Shown: piece by piece, positions 37,948-47,966 of the stretch
How positions within the stretch are numbered: the stretch's first letter is position 1
How the letters are laid out: every line of letters starts with the position of its first letter
Virus record (IMG/VR): IMGVR_UViG_3300023184_004167
Location: 32,001-96,000 of that record
Origin: a virus
Direction: 5' to 3' (one strand)
DNA: 64,000 nt
Program-made: the position numbers and the translations under genes
Notes under the pieces: model-generated
Seen by the model: only the letters and a program-made list of their open reading frames with translations
What the model was told of the DNA's origin: nothing
Databases searched by the model: none

Positions 37948-40900
37948 TTCCTAAGTATTTTACATTAAATTTATCTAAAGCATTATTGCCTCTCACTAAT
38001 CCAAAATAAAAGAAGAATGGAGCGCCTACAGTAACATTAGTACTATTTAATAATGTTTGTCCTACCACTCTATCACCTTCAAAATCATACCCTGTTGCCG
38101 GTGGAACTGCGGGTTTAACATTAAAAATAAATCCTTTTTGAAATAACGGAATATTCACCTGTCCCATAAAATAATTAGAGGTAGGGTTAAGTCTATCTAA
38201 TGATTGGTATTTAAACTTTTGAATATCAGTTCCGCTTGTTCCCCATTCATTTTTTTCACCACCAAATATAGTACTTGTTCCTTGGTCAATATTCCACTTA
38301 TACATTGGGACATATTGAGTAAAAATTGGTAAGTTATCAAATATACCAGGATATGTTAAATCATTTCTTATAATCCTTCTGGGTGATACATAATCTCTTG
38401 TTTGTGTCTCAGATGAAAAGAATATTCCAATAGTCTTCTTACCAACATAAAATGTATTATTTCCTGTTGACCCAGTAGAATAATAATAAGTTTCAAAATC
38501 AAATTCATCCACACCTATTTCAGAATTAACCGAAATTGCTTGTGAATAGTCTCCATCAAATCTTGCATTTTTTCTTGAGAAGAACGTATTAACTGAAGCG
38601 TCTCCAGCACCAAATAATTGTGCTAAAAATGATGAACTTACTTGTCTTGATATTACAAATAAATTAAGAATATTTGAAATGTCTTTATATGTTGTTTGCG
38701 ACATTTTATCCATATTATATCCATAATAATTCTCAGAAAGTGTTAACTCATATGCAAATTCATCTCTTGGACCTAAATCCATAATTGTTGTTGGAAACAA
38801 AAGTTGTAATTTATTTCTATGGGTTGAATTGTTTGGTGTCATTCCAATAAATTTATTGGAAGAAGCATTATATGGACTTGACCTATAAAAAAAGTTGTTT
38901 GTTACTGGATGCAACATCACAACGTCTTTACAATATTTGTTAAATGGTTTATTTGTTCCTGGCGTAAATAATCTTTTGTTTTTTATTGGGAACGCATATA
39001 AAGTTCCATTAATCCAATTATTAACAAATGAATGTCCAAATAGTCCTCTACACGCAGCCAAATTAACTTTAAATCTTGATTTCCATTCACTTAATTGTTG
39101 GAAATCTCTTAATAATCTAAGAATTGGTTTGTCGACAAAAATATAACATCCGTTTCTAACAATACTTGGTTTATGATAACAATCATCTGCTGCAGGTTTT
39201 ACTCCGAATGATTCACCATAACCAGAATAACATTTTAAGGGAACAAGTCCTTCACAAGTAAATGTGCTCACAAATTGTCCTTCAAATTGACTTGGGTCAT
39301 CTTCTGCGTTATCACCACTTGTATAACCAACAGAGTATTCAGGATATGAAATACTTACGGTTCCATCATCACTATATGAAAAAACTGAAAATCCTGTATT
39401 CTGATGTAACATAAATGTATTATTTCCTTGTACATCATCCCTTGTTGTTGAGGTTGGAAGTCTATCCGTTCTCATAACAACTTTTTGAGTTCCTTGTATG
39501 AAAATTGTTGTTGTTCCTGTTGAATAGGCAGGAGAAAAATAAACAAAATCATTTTCTAAAATTCTATAATTTGTAATTAGATTATAAGGGTATACTCCGT
39601 TTATATGAGAATTATCAACATGAGGAGTCATATAAAAATAACTACCACCTTCAATATATTCATTATCATAATATCCTCTATGTTGTTTGTTATTTGCTCG
39701 GGCAGATAAGTCTAAATAATGAAAAGGACTATTTGACTGCTCATAAGCACCCGCATTAATTGTACTGAAATTATACACAAAATAACCAGGGGCTGCAAAA
39801 ACGTTATTTTGCCCATTTGCCGCAAGATAAAATTGTCCACCACCAACAGATATAGTTCTAATTTTAGTTGTATCTAATTTTGTGTTAGAATTTGTAGAGT
39901 CAACTTGAAAAGTTGCCCCTGTTGTTATTGTCATATCTAAAGATGAATAATTCGCAATTAAATTAGTAGTATATGAAGAAAATGTCTGAGGAACATTATA
40001 GATATATGAATCAAAAAATATTGGTCTATTAACGCTTAATGTTTGATTTGTTGTTATTTGATTATGTCTCGGTAGAACAAGTCCAGGTTGGATTGGTATA
40101 TTTAACTTATAATCACCACTAACAATCAGACTACCATAAGCCTTTCCAAATAATCTACTAACATCAATAGTCATAGGTTGTCTTGCCGAGTTGGGGTCAA
40201 CACCTCTAACTAAAAAGGCAACAACAAATTGTTTTTGGTCAGGCATAGTATATATTGGTCTGTACGTATTCCACGCAGTATTATACACAAATTGCAAACC
40301 ATATCGTAGAGCTTCAGTAAACATTGTCATAAAATTATCCGTAAATCTATACCTTAAAGAATTAAATTCTGTAACACCCGAGTTATTATATTGTCCTACA
40401 GGTACTACTGGATTTAAATTACAAAAATTACCATATGTTGTTGCGGTTATTACTTGAAAATATTCAATATCTGTTGGGAATTTTTGAATAACCCCTTGTC
40501 TGTATGCTTGAAGAGTAACTCCTGTTATTGTAATATTAATGTCATCTAATAAATCTGTTCCACCAATTTGAGTACCCAAAATCCTTATTGTATCATCCAC
40601 ACTATACCCATATCCCGCATTACTTAAGTTAACTGACGTTACAACCCCACCGACAACAACAATATTAAATGAAGCGTTTACACCCACACTTGTTGTTGTA
40701 CCAATAATATTAATATATGTACTATTAATTGCACCAGTTCCAAATGCCTCATATCCAAATGAAGTTATTTGTCCTTCTGTGTTAGGGATTAATATATCAT
40801 TAGTCGCACCACTTTGGTTTACAATATATTGTGTTGTTAACAATGTATTTCCACTAGAATCAAATGGGCTGGCATAACCAACAGTAATACTTGTTAATCC

Positions 40901-43369
40901 ATTACTTATAGGCGTTCCAACAACCGCATTTGTTCCAATAACTTCCCCGTCAACATTTTTATAATTTGTTGTTGTCGCACCAGTTAAATTAACATCTTTT
41001 GAAAATAAACCACCATTAAATGATATGATTGCTCCCGGTGTAAATGTTTCTGAGCATCCTTCATCAATTAAAAGTGCCATTACATTATCATTATGAAATT
41101 TTCCAGGATTTAATGACGGATTAATTGAAACTTTAATTTGATTCCATCCTCCCCCCACTAAATTATTAAAATATTTCCCTTTAGTATTAAATAAGTTTAA
41201 TCTTTCAGATAATGTTAAATCTTGTGAATGCCATTGATATGCTGACCCATTACAAGTACCCAATAATGAGGCTGGCGTTCTTTTCCAATATTTATTTGCA
41301 CCATTTCCCGCCAATAATTCCTCTATCACAGGATTTTCGTCTCCACATCTAGCAACTATTTGTTCACAAATAGTTGGTGACGTTACCAGCGCCATTGCAA
41401 TGAATGGGTCATCAGCACAATATTGTTCGTCAGTAATATTTGAGAACCCATTAGCACTCTGAGTGTCAATTGTACAAGATAATGATTGACTTTGTTGTGC
41501 CCTTATCGCAAACTGCATCGCCTCAGTCTGATTAGTATTTATTGTTTCACTTTTACAATTACACATCTCACAGTCAGGATATGTAATCATAGGTATTGCA
41601 ATCTTTTTAAAAGGGTCTCCAATTTTATTAAATAATTCTTTAAAACTTGGTGGTTTTTTACAATGGGGGTTTACACCAGGTATTGCATCAACAACCCTAC
41701 AAAGTATATATATTATCCATAAAATAGCCCCATAAACAATTGCAAATATTGCTTTAAACAACGGCCAAATAAACGCCAATATGTGAAGAATCGGTATTAT
41801 TTGATAAAAATTTATCATATTTAATACAAGGAAAAAATTCACAATGTTAAAAACTATATCAAAATTTCTTACTCCATCATTTGTTGGAAACTTATAATTG
41901 GTACTATCACAAGTAGTATCAGTAATTTGTTTTATACCGATAAATCTACCCCTATTTGTTCCCTTATGATATAAATCAATTAATTGGGATATTGTATAAA
42001 CTTTATTATAACTAAATTGATAAAATCTATCATCACAATCAATGGCACTTTGTATTATTTTTTTACCTATAGTTGTTCCTGTATTCCCATAATCCGCCCA
42101 GTCTAAACTAAACGCATATGACTTAATAAATTCTTCATAAAGTACTGGGTTTGTAAAACCTAATAATCTTGGGTCTGTATTTGAATTAACCCAACCATTT
42201 TCTCTAATATTTGGTACTAAAAAATATCCCCTTTTAATTGGTGCTCCCAAATCATTAGATTGTTTCCATTTAACTTTAAATCTATATTTTGATTTTGTTG
42301 GTATACCCACTTTTGGGTCGTTTGATATGATTTTTTCACCAAATTCATTCATTATCATATAATCCAAATTCATTGGTAAATCTACAAGCCAAGAACCATC
42401 AGTTTCAATTACATCATTTCCACCATCAAAATTATATTGTTCTAATATTGGTCTACCATTTGTATCTTGAAATATTGTTTGTCTAATACATAATATTTGA
42501 CCAGGCCCTGCAACCAAACTACACATATTACCCATTTCTGTTGGCGGTTTACAAAAAACCTTCATTGGTTTGGTATCTACCGAAGAAACAACTGAGCCCA
42601 TAAAAACCGCAGTTGGCTGAATGTCAATATTTGCATCATCCCTTAAATCAAAATCAACCCGATTTATTGCAATTTGACATATATTTGGGTCTCCCCATAA
42701 TGGAGAAATATCTATGGATTTACTTAAGGAAACTATTTGTGGTAATGAATTTAAATCACTTGAACTTTTAAATTGAGGCCCAGAAACTTGTTTTTCTGTT
42801 GCTCTACCCATTCTTATTAAATCTTGTGGAGATAAAGAAAACTCACCTATGTCAGATAAATCCAAATCCATAAAAACAAGATGAACCCCTAATGGAACTC
42901 CCATTATCATATAATCACCACTATCATTTGTTTTTACAGTAAATTTGTAATACTTGTCATATATCTCAATTGCTGTGGAATCTATTGTAGCATCTAATCT
43001 TGATGGGAATGTTCCTGTTGGAACGTGATTTGTGTATGATTTTTCATAAGGTAATAAATTGTACCTATATCCATCCTCATTCCTTATTTCAGGACTTGTA
43101 TATGGATATATTGCAGTAATATTTGGATTAAACTTATCTGTATCTGATATTGGTATAAAAATAGAAAGTTTCGCGTTTGGAATACCAAATCCATTGTTTG
43201 CGGTTATTCTTCCAATAACAACCCCATATTCAGAACAAGACTTTGTATATATCTCTTCTTGTTGTATTTTTAAAGATAAGATTTCAATAAAATTAAAATC
43301 TTGCTCTAATTCAATGTTAATTGTTTTATTAATTCCAATCTCTGTCCTTATTCTTTGTGAAGTTCCCAT
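37934..43369 (-). CDS. large tail/baseplate protein with an internal hydrophobic segment
   Basis: 1811 aa; N-terminal carboxypeptidase-regulatory-like beta domain (GRITANNGFGIPNAKLSI...TNDSGDYMIMGVP); hydrophobic stretch at about aa 503-558. Confidence 0.65.
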   Translation of the reverse strand: MGTSQRIRTEIGINKTINIELEQDFNFIEILSLKIQQEEIYTKSCSEYGVVIGRITANNGFGIPNAKLSIFIPISDTDKFNPNITAIYPYTSPEIRNEDGYRYNLLPYEKSYTNHVPTGTFPSRLDATIDSTAIEIYDKYYKFTVKTNDSGDYMIMGVPLGVHLVFMDLDLSDIGEFSLSPQDLIRMGRATEKQVSGPQFKSSSDLNSLPQIVSLSKSIDISPLWGDPNICQIAINRVDFDLRDDANIDIQPTAVFMGSVVSSVDTKPMKVFCKPPTEMGNMCSLVAGPGQILCIRQTIFQDTNGRPILEQYNFDGGNDVIETDGSWLVDLPMNLDYMIMNEFGEKIISNDPKVGIPTKSKYRFKVKWKQSNDLGAPIKRGYFLVPNIRENGWVNSNTDPRLLGFTNPVLYEEFIKSYAFSLDWADYGNTGTTIGKKIIQSAIDCDDRFYQFSYNKVYTISQLIDLYHKGTNRGRFIGIKQITDTTCDSTNYKFPTNDGVRNFDIVFNIVNFFLVLNMINFYQIIPILHILAFIWPLFKAIFAIVYGAILWIIYILCRVVDAIPGVNPHCKKPPSFKELFNKIGDPFKKIAIPMITYPDCEMCNCKSETINTNQTEAMQFAIRAQQSQSLSCTIDTQSANGFSNITDEQYCADDPFIAMALVTSPTICEQIVARCGDENPVIEELLAGNGANKYWKRTPASLLGTCNGSAYQWHSQDLTLSERLNLFNTKGKYFNNLVGGGWNQIKVSINPSLNPGKFHNDNVMALLIDEGCSETFTPGAIISFNGGLFSKDVNLTGATTTNYKNVDGEVIGTNAVVGTPISNGLTSITVGYASPFDSSGNTLLTTQYIVNQSGATNDILIPNTEGQITSFGYEAFGTGAINSTYINIIGTTTSVGVNASFNIVVVGGVVTSVNLSNAGYGYSVDDTIRILGTQIGGTDLLDDINITITGVTLQAYRQGVIQKFPTDIEYFQVITATTYGNFCNLNPVVPVGQYNNSGVTEFNSLRYRFTDNFMTMFTEALRYGLQFVYNTAWNTYRPIYTMPDQKQFVVAFLVRGVDPNSARQPMTIDVSRLFGKAYGSLIVSGDYKLNIPIQPGLVLPRHNQITTNQTLSVNRPIFFDSYIYNVPQTFSSYTTNLIANYSSLDMTITTGATFQVDSTNSNTKLDTTKIRTISVGGGQFYLAANGQNNVFAAPGYFVYNFSTINAGAYEQSNSPFHYLDLSARANNKQHRGYYDNEYIEGGSYFYMTPHVDNSHINGVYPYNLITNYRILENDFVYFSPAYSTGTTTIFIQGTQKVVMRTDRLPTSTTRDDVQGNNTFMLHQNTGFSVFSYSDDGTVSISYPEYSVGYTSGDNAEDDPSQFEGQFVSTFTCEGLVPLKCYSGYGESFGVKPAADDCYHKPSIVRNGCYIFVDKPILRLLRDFQQLSEWKSRFKVNLAACRGLFGHSFVNNWINGTLYAFPIKNKRLFTPGTNKPFNKYCKDVVMLHPVTNNFFYRSSPYNASSNKFIGMTPNNSTHRNKLQLLFPTTIMDLGPRDEFAYELTLSENYYGYNMDKMSQTTYKDISNILNLFVISRQVSSSFLAQLFGAGDASVNTFFSRKNARFDGDYSQAISVNSEIGVDEFDFETYYYSTGSTGNNTFYVGKKTIGIFFSSETQTRDYVSPRRIIRNDLTYPGIFDNLPIFTQYVPMYKWNIDQGTSTIFGGEKNEWGTSGTDIQKFKYQSLDRLNPTSNYFMGQVNIPLFQKGFIFNVKPAVPPATGYDFEGDRVVGQTLLNSTNVTVGAPFFFYFGLVRGNNALDKFNVKYLGIETI

Positions 43370-43456
43370 TAATCCTTTATTGAATAAATAGTTTAGGGCG
43401 AATTTTTCCTAACCCACCAAATTAAAAATAAGCGTAGAATTGAATAAATAAATCAG

Positions 43457-45295
43457 TTATGAAAATGTAACAGATTGGAAATTCTTAACAGACACTTTAA
43501 TATCCTTACCAGGATATCTTATTTGATACACTTGAACAGGTTCTGCAAACAATGTATCATCAACAGGTTGTATTTGTTTTGTCTCTGGGTCTGAGTATTG
43601 CATTGATGTTTGAGATGAAGAATATTGTCCTCCAACATTATTAAATACATCTATTCCTGTGACAGTAATTACACCATTTTGATTTTGTATTGTACTTTTT
43701 AATTCTGAAAGATATACATTTTGTCCAAGTTGTCTGTTTAACGGGTCAAAATAATTTGAAACATTATTTATAATATCTGATATAATTTGTCCTGAATTTT
43801 GTGTCGCTTGTAGTACAACAGAAACATTAATAGATAAATCAATAACTTGAGCAGTCATTACAGATATATAATCATTCATCATTCTATAGTTTGATAAATA
43901 ATTTGCGATATTTTGTTTTAATGTGTTAGATACAATACTTGTTAACTTTCCTGATGTATCATAAGACAATATTTGAATATCAATTTTATTATTATTTTCG
44001 GTTATTGCTACTTTGGCTGGTGCCCCGAATTGAGCTGGCATATTTCTTAATAATGCCTCATAATCTTGAATGGTAACCGCTCTTTTTTGTGCTGCGAAAT
44101 TAAATGAAACAAAGTTTCTAACTTCTTCAGTTGTTGGTGCGTTTGAACCACCAATTGCTGCCGTTACATTATTACATCTTAAAGATGCAACCACAGACGT
44201 ATTTGTTGTCTCTGATGGGCCATTAACAAAAAATGACACAGTACCTATTTGATTAATGACATTAACACCCAAGTTTGTCGCTAATCCACCACCAACTCTA
44301 TATTGAATAAACAATGTTGAGTTAGGTGTCAAAGTTGAACCCAATGAAAAGTTATTAAAATAATTTTGTAAATCTAATGTTGAGCCAATTGTTGTAAACT
44401 GATTCAAAGCATCTTGAGAAGATTTTGAACCTCCACCAAAAACCATCTTCTTGAACCCTTCTGGCGTAAATTCTGACATAAATCTAGTTCCTGTCTGAAG
44501 ATATGTACCAACTTTAATTCCAGGTTGGTCAGATACTTTAGTTGGGTCTTCAACAAAAATTCTATCTTCCGCCAATGCATCAACTTCATACCATCTATTC
44601 GCCAAACCTAAAAATTCAGCACTTGTAGGAACATTTGTAAAATCTGTTCCGTTTTTAAGTAAAACACTTGTTATACCAAGTACATTTTTTTCAGGTAAAA
44701 AAAGTTCAAAGAAAGGTCTCACATCATTTGGTGTAATAACTTTTTTAAAAATTTTTGTAATACCATTAACAACAAGTTCTCTCTTTGTTATTGTATAATT
44801 AATTAAAACACCATTTGTATTAAAATTAGGTATTTTTAATCTATTAAGAGCCCCTTGAGAATTATATGGTGATGCAAAATCAATGTCATATGCATTTTCA
44901 AAAACTTGTCCCACCCCATTAACTTGTGAACCTCTTAATAAAGTACCCAAATATCTTTCATCTTCTTTATCACCATAAGCTGGTACTGTAACTGAAAAAT
45001 CAACAAGTGAAACTGATGGACGTAATCCCGGAATCTTTAATCCGTATGTTCTGGCAATGTTATATATTGAAGACCTTTGTTGTGCGTATTGTAATACGGT
45101 TTCTTGGATACTTCTATCAATATGATAATGTAAGTTATCCGCAACAGCGGCATTTAAATCTAAAAAAACTGAAAATACAGATGCATCATTAAAATCCTGA
45201 ATTAAATCAGGGTAATATGTTCTAACATAATTAAGAAGTTCTAATCTAATCCCTTCATAATCTCTTACCGTATAAGATATTTTTCCGTTTGCCAT
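43457..45295 (-). CDS. baseplate wedge protein (T4 gp6 / baseplate J-like)
   Basis: RDYEGIRLEL, A-Q-Q-R-S-S-I, YRVGGG, AAIGG and QKRAVTIQDYE motifs. Confidence 0.88.
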   Translation of the reverse strand: MANGKISYTVRDYEGIRLELLNYVRTYYPDLIQDFNDASVFSVFLDLNAAVADNLHYHIDRSIQETVLQYAQQRSSIYNIARTYGLKIPGLRPSVSLVDFSVTVPAYGDKEDERYLGTLLRGSQVNGVGQVFENAYDIDFASPYNSQGALNRLKIPNFNTNGVLINYTITKRELVVNGITKIFKKVITPNDVRPFFELFLPEKNVLGITSVLLKNGTDFTNVPTSAEFLGLANRWYEVDALAEDRIFVEDPTKVSDQPGIKVGTYLQTGTRFMSEFTPEGFKKMVFGGGSKSSQDALNQFTTIGSTLDLQNYFNNFSLGSTLTPNSTLFIQYRVGGGLATNLGVNVINQIGTVSFFVNGPSETTNTSVVASLRCNNVTAAIGGSNAPTTEEVRNFVSFNFAAQKRAVTIQDYEALLRNMPAQFGAPAKVAITENNNKIDIQILSYDTSGKLTSIVSNTLKQNIANYLSNYRMMNDYISVMTAQVIDLSINVSVVLQATQNSGQIISDIINNVSNYFDPLNRQLGQNVYLSELKSTIQNQNGVITVTGIDVFNNVGGQYSSSQTSMQYSDPETKQIQPVDDTLFAEPVQVYQIRYPGKDIKVSVKNFQSVTFS

Positions 45296-45301
45296 TTAAT
45301 A

Positions 45302-45769
45302 TTAAATATTAATAATTACAAAATCACTCTGAGCAAAAGTTGCACTATCCGTAGAGTAATCAATTTTAATTTTAGCAGTATAGTCTGCGGTTCCTTTACC
45401 TGGAACACGAAAGATATATGGAACATCATCGCTAATCGCATTACTTGGAACTGAAGGAGATTCATCTTCTATACTTGCAGGTTCAATAGTAATGTTATTA
45501 ACAAGTAAATTTGGCATAAAATTGTTAATCGCGTCCCTAATATCAGACTCAATCGCATTAAATGTTAACCCATCAAAAGGTTCAAAGATAAATTCATAAA
45601 GTCTTGTTCCAAAAGTTGGTAAATAATATCTAGAACCTTTCCTTGTTAATAACAAATGAATTAAATCAGCTCTAATCTCATCTTTTTGATATTGAGTTAA
45701 TTGTAAATAATCACCTGTTCTAGAATCTCTGAACGGAAAATTTATACCATATGTAATTCCATCTGCCAT
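45302..45769 (-). CDS. baseplate wedge subunit (T4 gp25-like)
   Basis: GINFPF, LLLTRKGSRYYLPTFGTRLYEFIFEP. Confidence 0.9.
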   Translation of the reverse strand: MADGITYGINFPFRDSRTGDYLQLTQYQKDEIRADLIHLLLTRKGSRYYLPTFGTRLYEFIFEPFDGLTFNAIESDIRDAINNFMPNLLVNNITIEPASIEDESPSVPSNAISDDVPYIFRVPGKGTADYTAKIKIDYSTDSATFAQSDFVIINI

Positions 45770-45789
45770 ATGTAATAAATATACTTACA

Positions 45790-45981
45790 TTATTTTTTTA
45801 TTAAAGTAGTATTTCTTTTTTGTCCTTTTGGTTCATAAGGACAATGTCTACAATTATTTCCACAACAATATCCTCTATCAATATGATATTGTTCTGTAAA
45901 GACTAATCTTGTCCCATCCATATAATAATGAGAAGGGAGAAGTTTATTATACTTCTCCCCTTCTTTATTTAATTCTTCCAT
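45790..45981 (-). CDS. small Cys-rich protein (DUF5522-like)
   Basis: VFTEQYHIDRGYCCGNNCRHCPY. Confidence 0.75.
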   Translation of the reverse strand: MEELNKEGEKYNKLLPSHYYMDGTRLVFTEQYHIDRGYCCGNNCRHCPYEPKGQKRNTTLIKK

Positions 45982-45984
45982 AAA

Positions 45985-47838
45985 TTATACTATTTCACAT
46001 AATCCTCCACCACAGGCAACAGAGTCATTTAATACTGTATCATCATCCATTTCAATAATTTTAGATAAATCAACATCTTTTAATGTTTCCATTAATTTTT
46101 CATATTCATCTTTACTACAATCAGTGAAAGGTGCTTGAATATAACTACCTCCATCATAGTTTAAAACAGATAATCCATTATAATGAATTTGATTTTGCCA
46201 CATCCATTCACCTACTGCCGGCCATTCGTGTTCTCTAATTGAGATGGTTGCTGACACATTATGTGAATTACTTCCACTTCTATGTCCAGGCTTAATCCAT
46301 TCCATATGAACTTTTTTAACCCTTTCCAATAATTGGATTGGTGATTCATTTCTTAAGATTGAACCTTCTGGTGCTTTTTGTGGAATACCTATTATTGCTG
46401 TGTCGTGTGGTCTAAAATAATCATCTTCAATAAGTTCAGGATGATTATTTTTTAAATGTGTATAAATAGCTTCATTCTTTCCAACTCTAACTCTTCTGAT
46501 ATAATAATCATTATGCCAAGCATGAATACCTGATGATGTTCCAAGTGTTAATGACGTTGTTCCCGCAGGTTTAACGGTTGTTGTTCTTGCCGCTTTATTA
46601 ATTCCTAACAAATTTGCAACTCTTTCATTCTCTTCTTTAACAACTTTAGCAGCGGCTTTCATATCTAAACCTAGTACTGCACCTGAACCAATTCCTGTCA
46701 TTGAAATACCAATTAAGGCATCTTTTTCAGTTGTTCTTTGCCATATTGGCCTTAAATAATGAAAATTTGTATATCCCGCTTGAAGTGTTCCAACAAATGT
46801 CGCAGCTTTAACTCTTGATTCATAATCTTCTTGATTAATAACATTTGATACATTTATTTCCGTTAGATTACAAAATTGGAACGGACGAAGTGCAATTTCA
46901 CAACAAGGATTTGTTCCCCAATCTTTATCATTTGTTAAATAAATTCCAGGTTCACCAGCACCACTTGCCTCAATTCTTTTCCACAACTCCATAAAATATT
47001 CTTTTGTAAGTTTGTGTCTTAATAAAGCTGCTGAGTTGTTTGCTCTTCCTCTTTGTGGATTTGTTTCCCACCAAGCACCTGTCTTACAACTAATCATTTC
47101 ATCATCTGTTGCTGAGAACAAGGAAATAAGTGCCGCTCTACGAATTCCTCCTGCAAGGACAGCGTCAGCAATATGACAAACCATATCGTGAACTTCAATT
47201 GGTCTTAATTTATCACCATCTTGTTTAGAATCTAATATACCCTCAAGTTTAATTATACACTCTTTAAGTGGTTGAGGGCCTGGCGCCTTCCCACCTGATG
47301 TTACCAGTCTTGCCCCTTTTGGTCTGATATCTGAATAATCAAATTCAATCTTTGAACCTCCGAAGAAGTATGACTTAACTAATGTTTTAACAGCGTCTGC
47401 CCATCCTTCAATTGAATCCGCAACCAACCATCTTCTACTTCTTTCATTTGGTTTTCTAATTTCAGGTAATTCTTCTACGTGATGTTTTTGAACTGAATAT
47501 CCTACACCTGTTCCACCTAATAATAAGAACATAATTTCTGAGAATACTCTCCAATCATCAACAGGAGCGTATGCGCAGTTATAAATTCTATTTGGTGAAA
47601 TTTCAATTGGTTTTCCTGCAAATTGCATTGAACGCATTGATGGTAATACTTGTTTATTATAGACAAACTGATAGTTGTCTCTTATTTCTTGTTCTAGATG
47701 GGGATATGATTTAATGTGCATCTCCATATTTCTTGTTACTAGTTCGTACCAAGTTTCTCTTCTCTTTAAATCGGGGACATACTTCGCGTATTTCATATAT
47801 ACGGTGATTTCGCTAAGTATTCTGTTTGAAATTTCCAT
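45985..47838 (-). CDS. nrdJ: class II (adenosylcobalamin-dependent) ribonucleotide reductase
   Basis: YNCAY, GGTGVG, GGIRRAA, TNPCCEI, TTVKPAGT and C-terminal CGGGLC; no small subunit nearby. Confidence 0.9.
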   Translation of the reverse strand: MEISNRILSEITVYMKYAKYVPDLKRRETWYELVTRNMEMHIKSYPHLEQEIRDNYQFVYNKQVLPSMRSMQFAGKPIEISPNRIYNCAYAPVDDWRVFSEIMFLLLGGTGVGYSVQKHHVEELPEIRKPNERSRRWLVADSIEGWADAVKTLVKSYFFGGSKIEFDYSDIRPKGARLVTSGGKAPGPQPLKECIIKLEGILDSKQDGDKLRPIEVHDMVCHIADAVLAGGIRRAALISLFSATDDEMISCKTGAWWETNPQRGRANNSAALLRHKLTKEYFMELWKRIEASGAGEPGIYLTNDKDWGTNPCCEIALRPFQFCNLTEINVSNVINQEDYESRVKAATFVGTLQAGYTNFHYLRPIWQRTTEKDALIGISMTGIGSGAVLGLDMKAAAKVVKEENERVANLLGINKAARTTTVKPAGTTSLTLGTSSGIHAWHNDYYIRRVRVGKNEAIYTHLKNNHPELIEDDYFRPHDTAIIGIPQKAPEGSILRNESPIQLLERVKKVHMEWIKPGHRSGSNSHNVSATISIREHEWPAVGEWMWQNQIHYNGLSVLNYDGGSYIQAPFTDCSKDEYEKLMETLKDVDLSKIIEMDDDTVLNDSVACGGGLCEIV

Positions 47839-47884
47839 TTTTAGTGTTTTTTGTTTTTATAAAAAATTCGGTGATTTTTATTAT

Positions 47885-47918
47885 AAATATAAGGTTGCTA
47901 TTAAAGCAACCCATATTT
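47885..47918. promoter_or_regulatory. inverted repeat adjoining the TATTTAT motif upstream of nrdJ
   Basis: aaatat-aa-ggttgct-attaa-agcaacc-c-atattt. Confidence 0.45.
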
Positions 47919-47966
47919 TAGATAAAAAATAATAAGTTTTTTCAGGAAAAAGTAGATATTTAATGT

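Noticed and set aside
47839-47966. Cobalamin riboswitch or NrdR box upstream of nrdJ
   Set aside because: The region is too short and AT-rich for a B12 riboswitch, and there is no convincing NrdR consensus.
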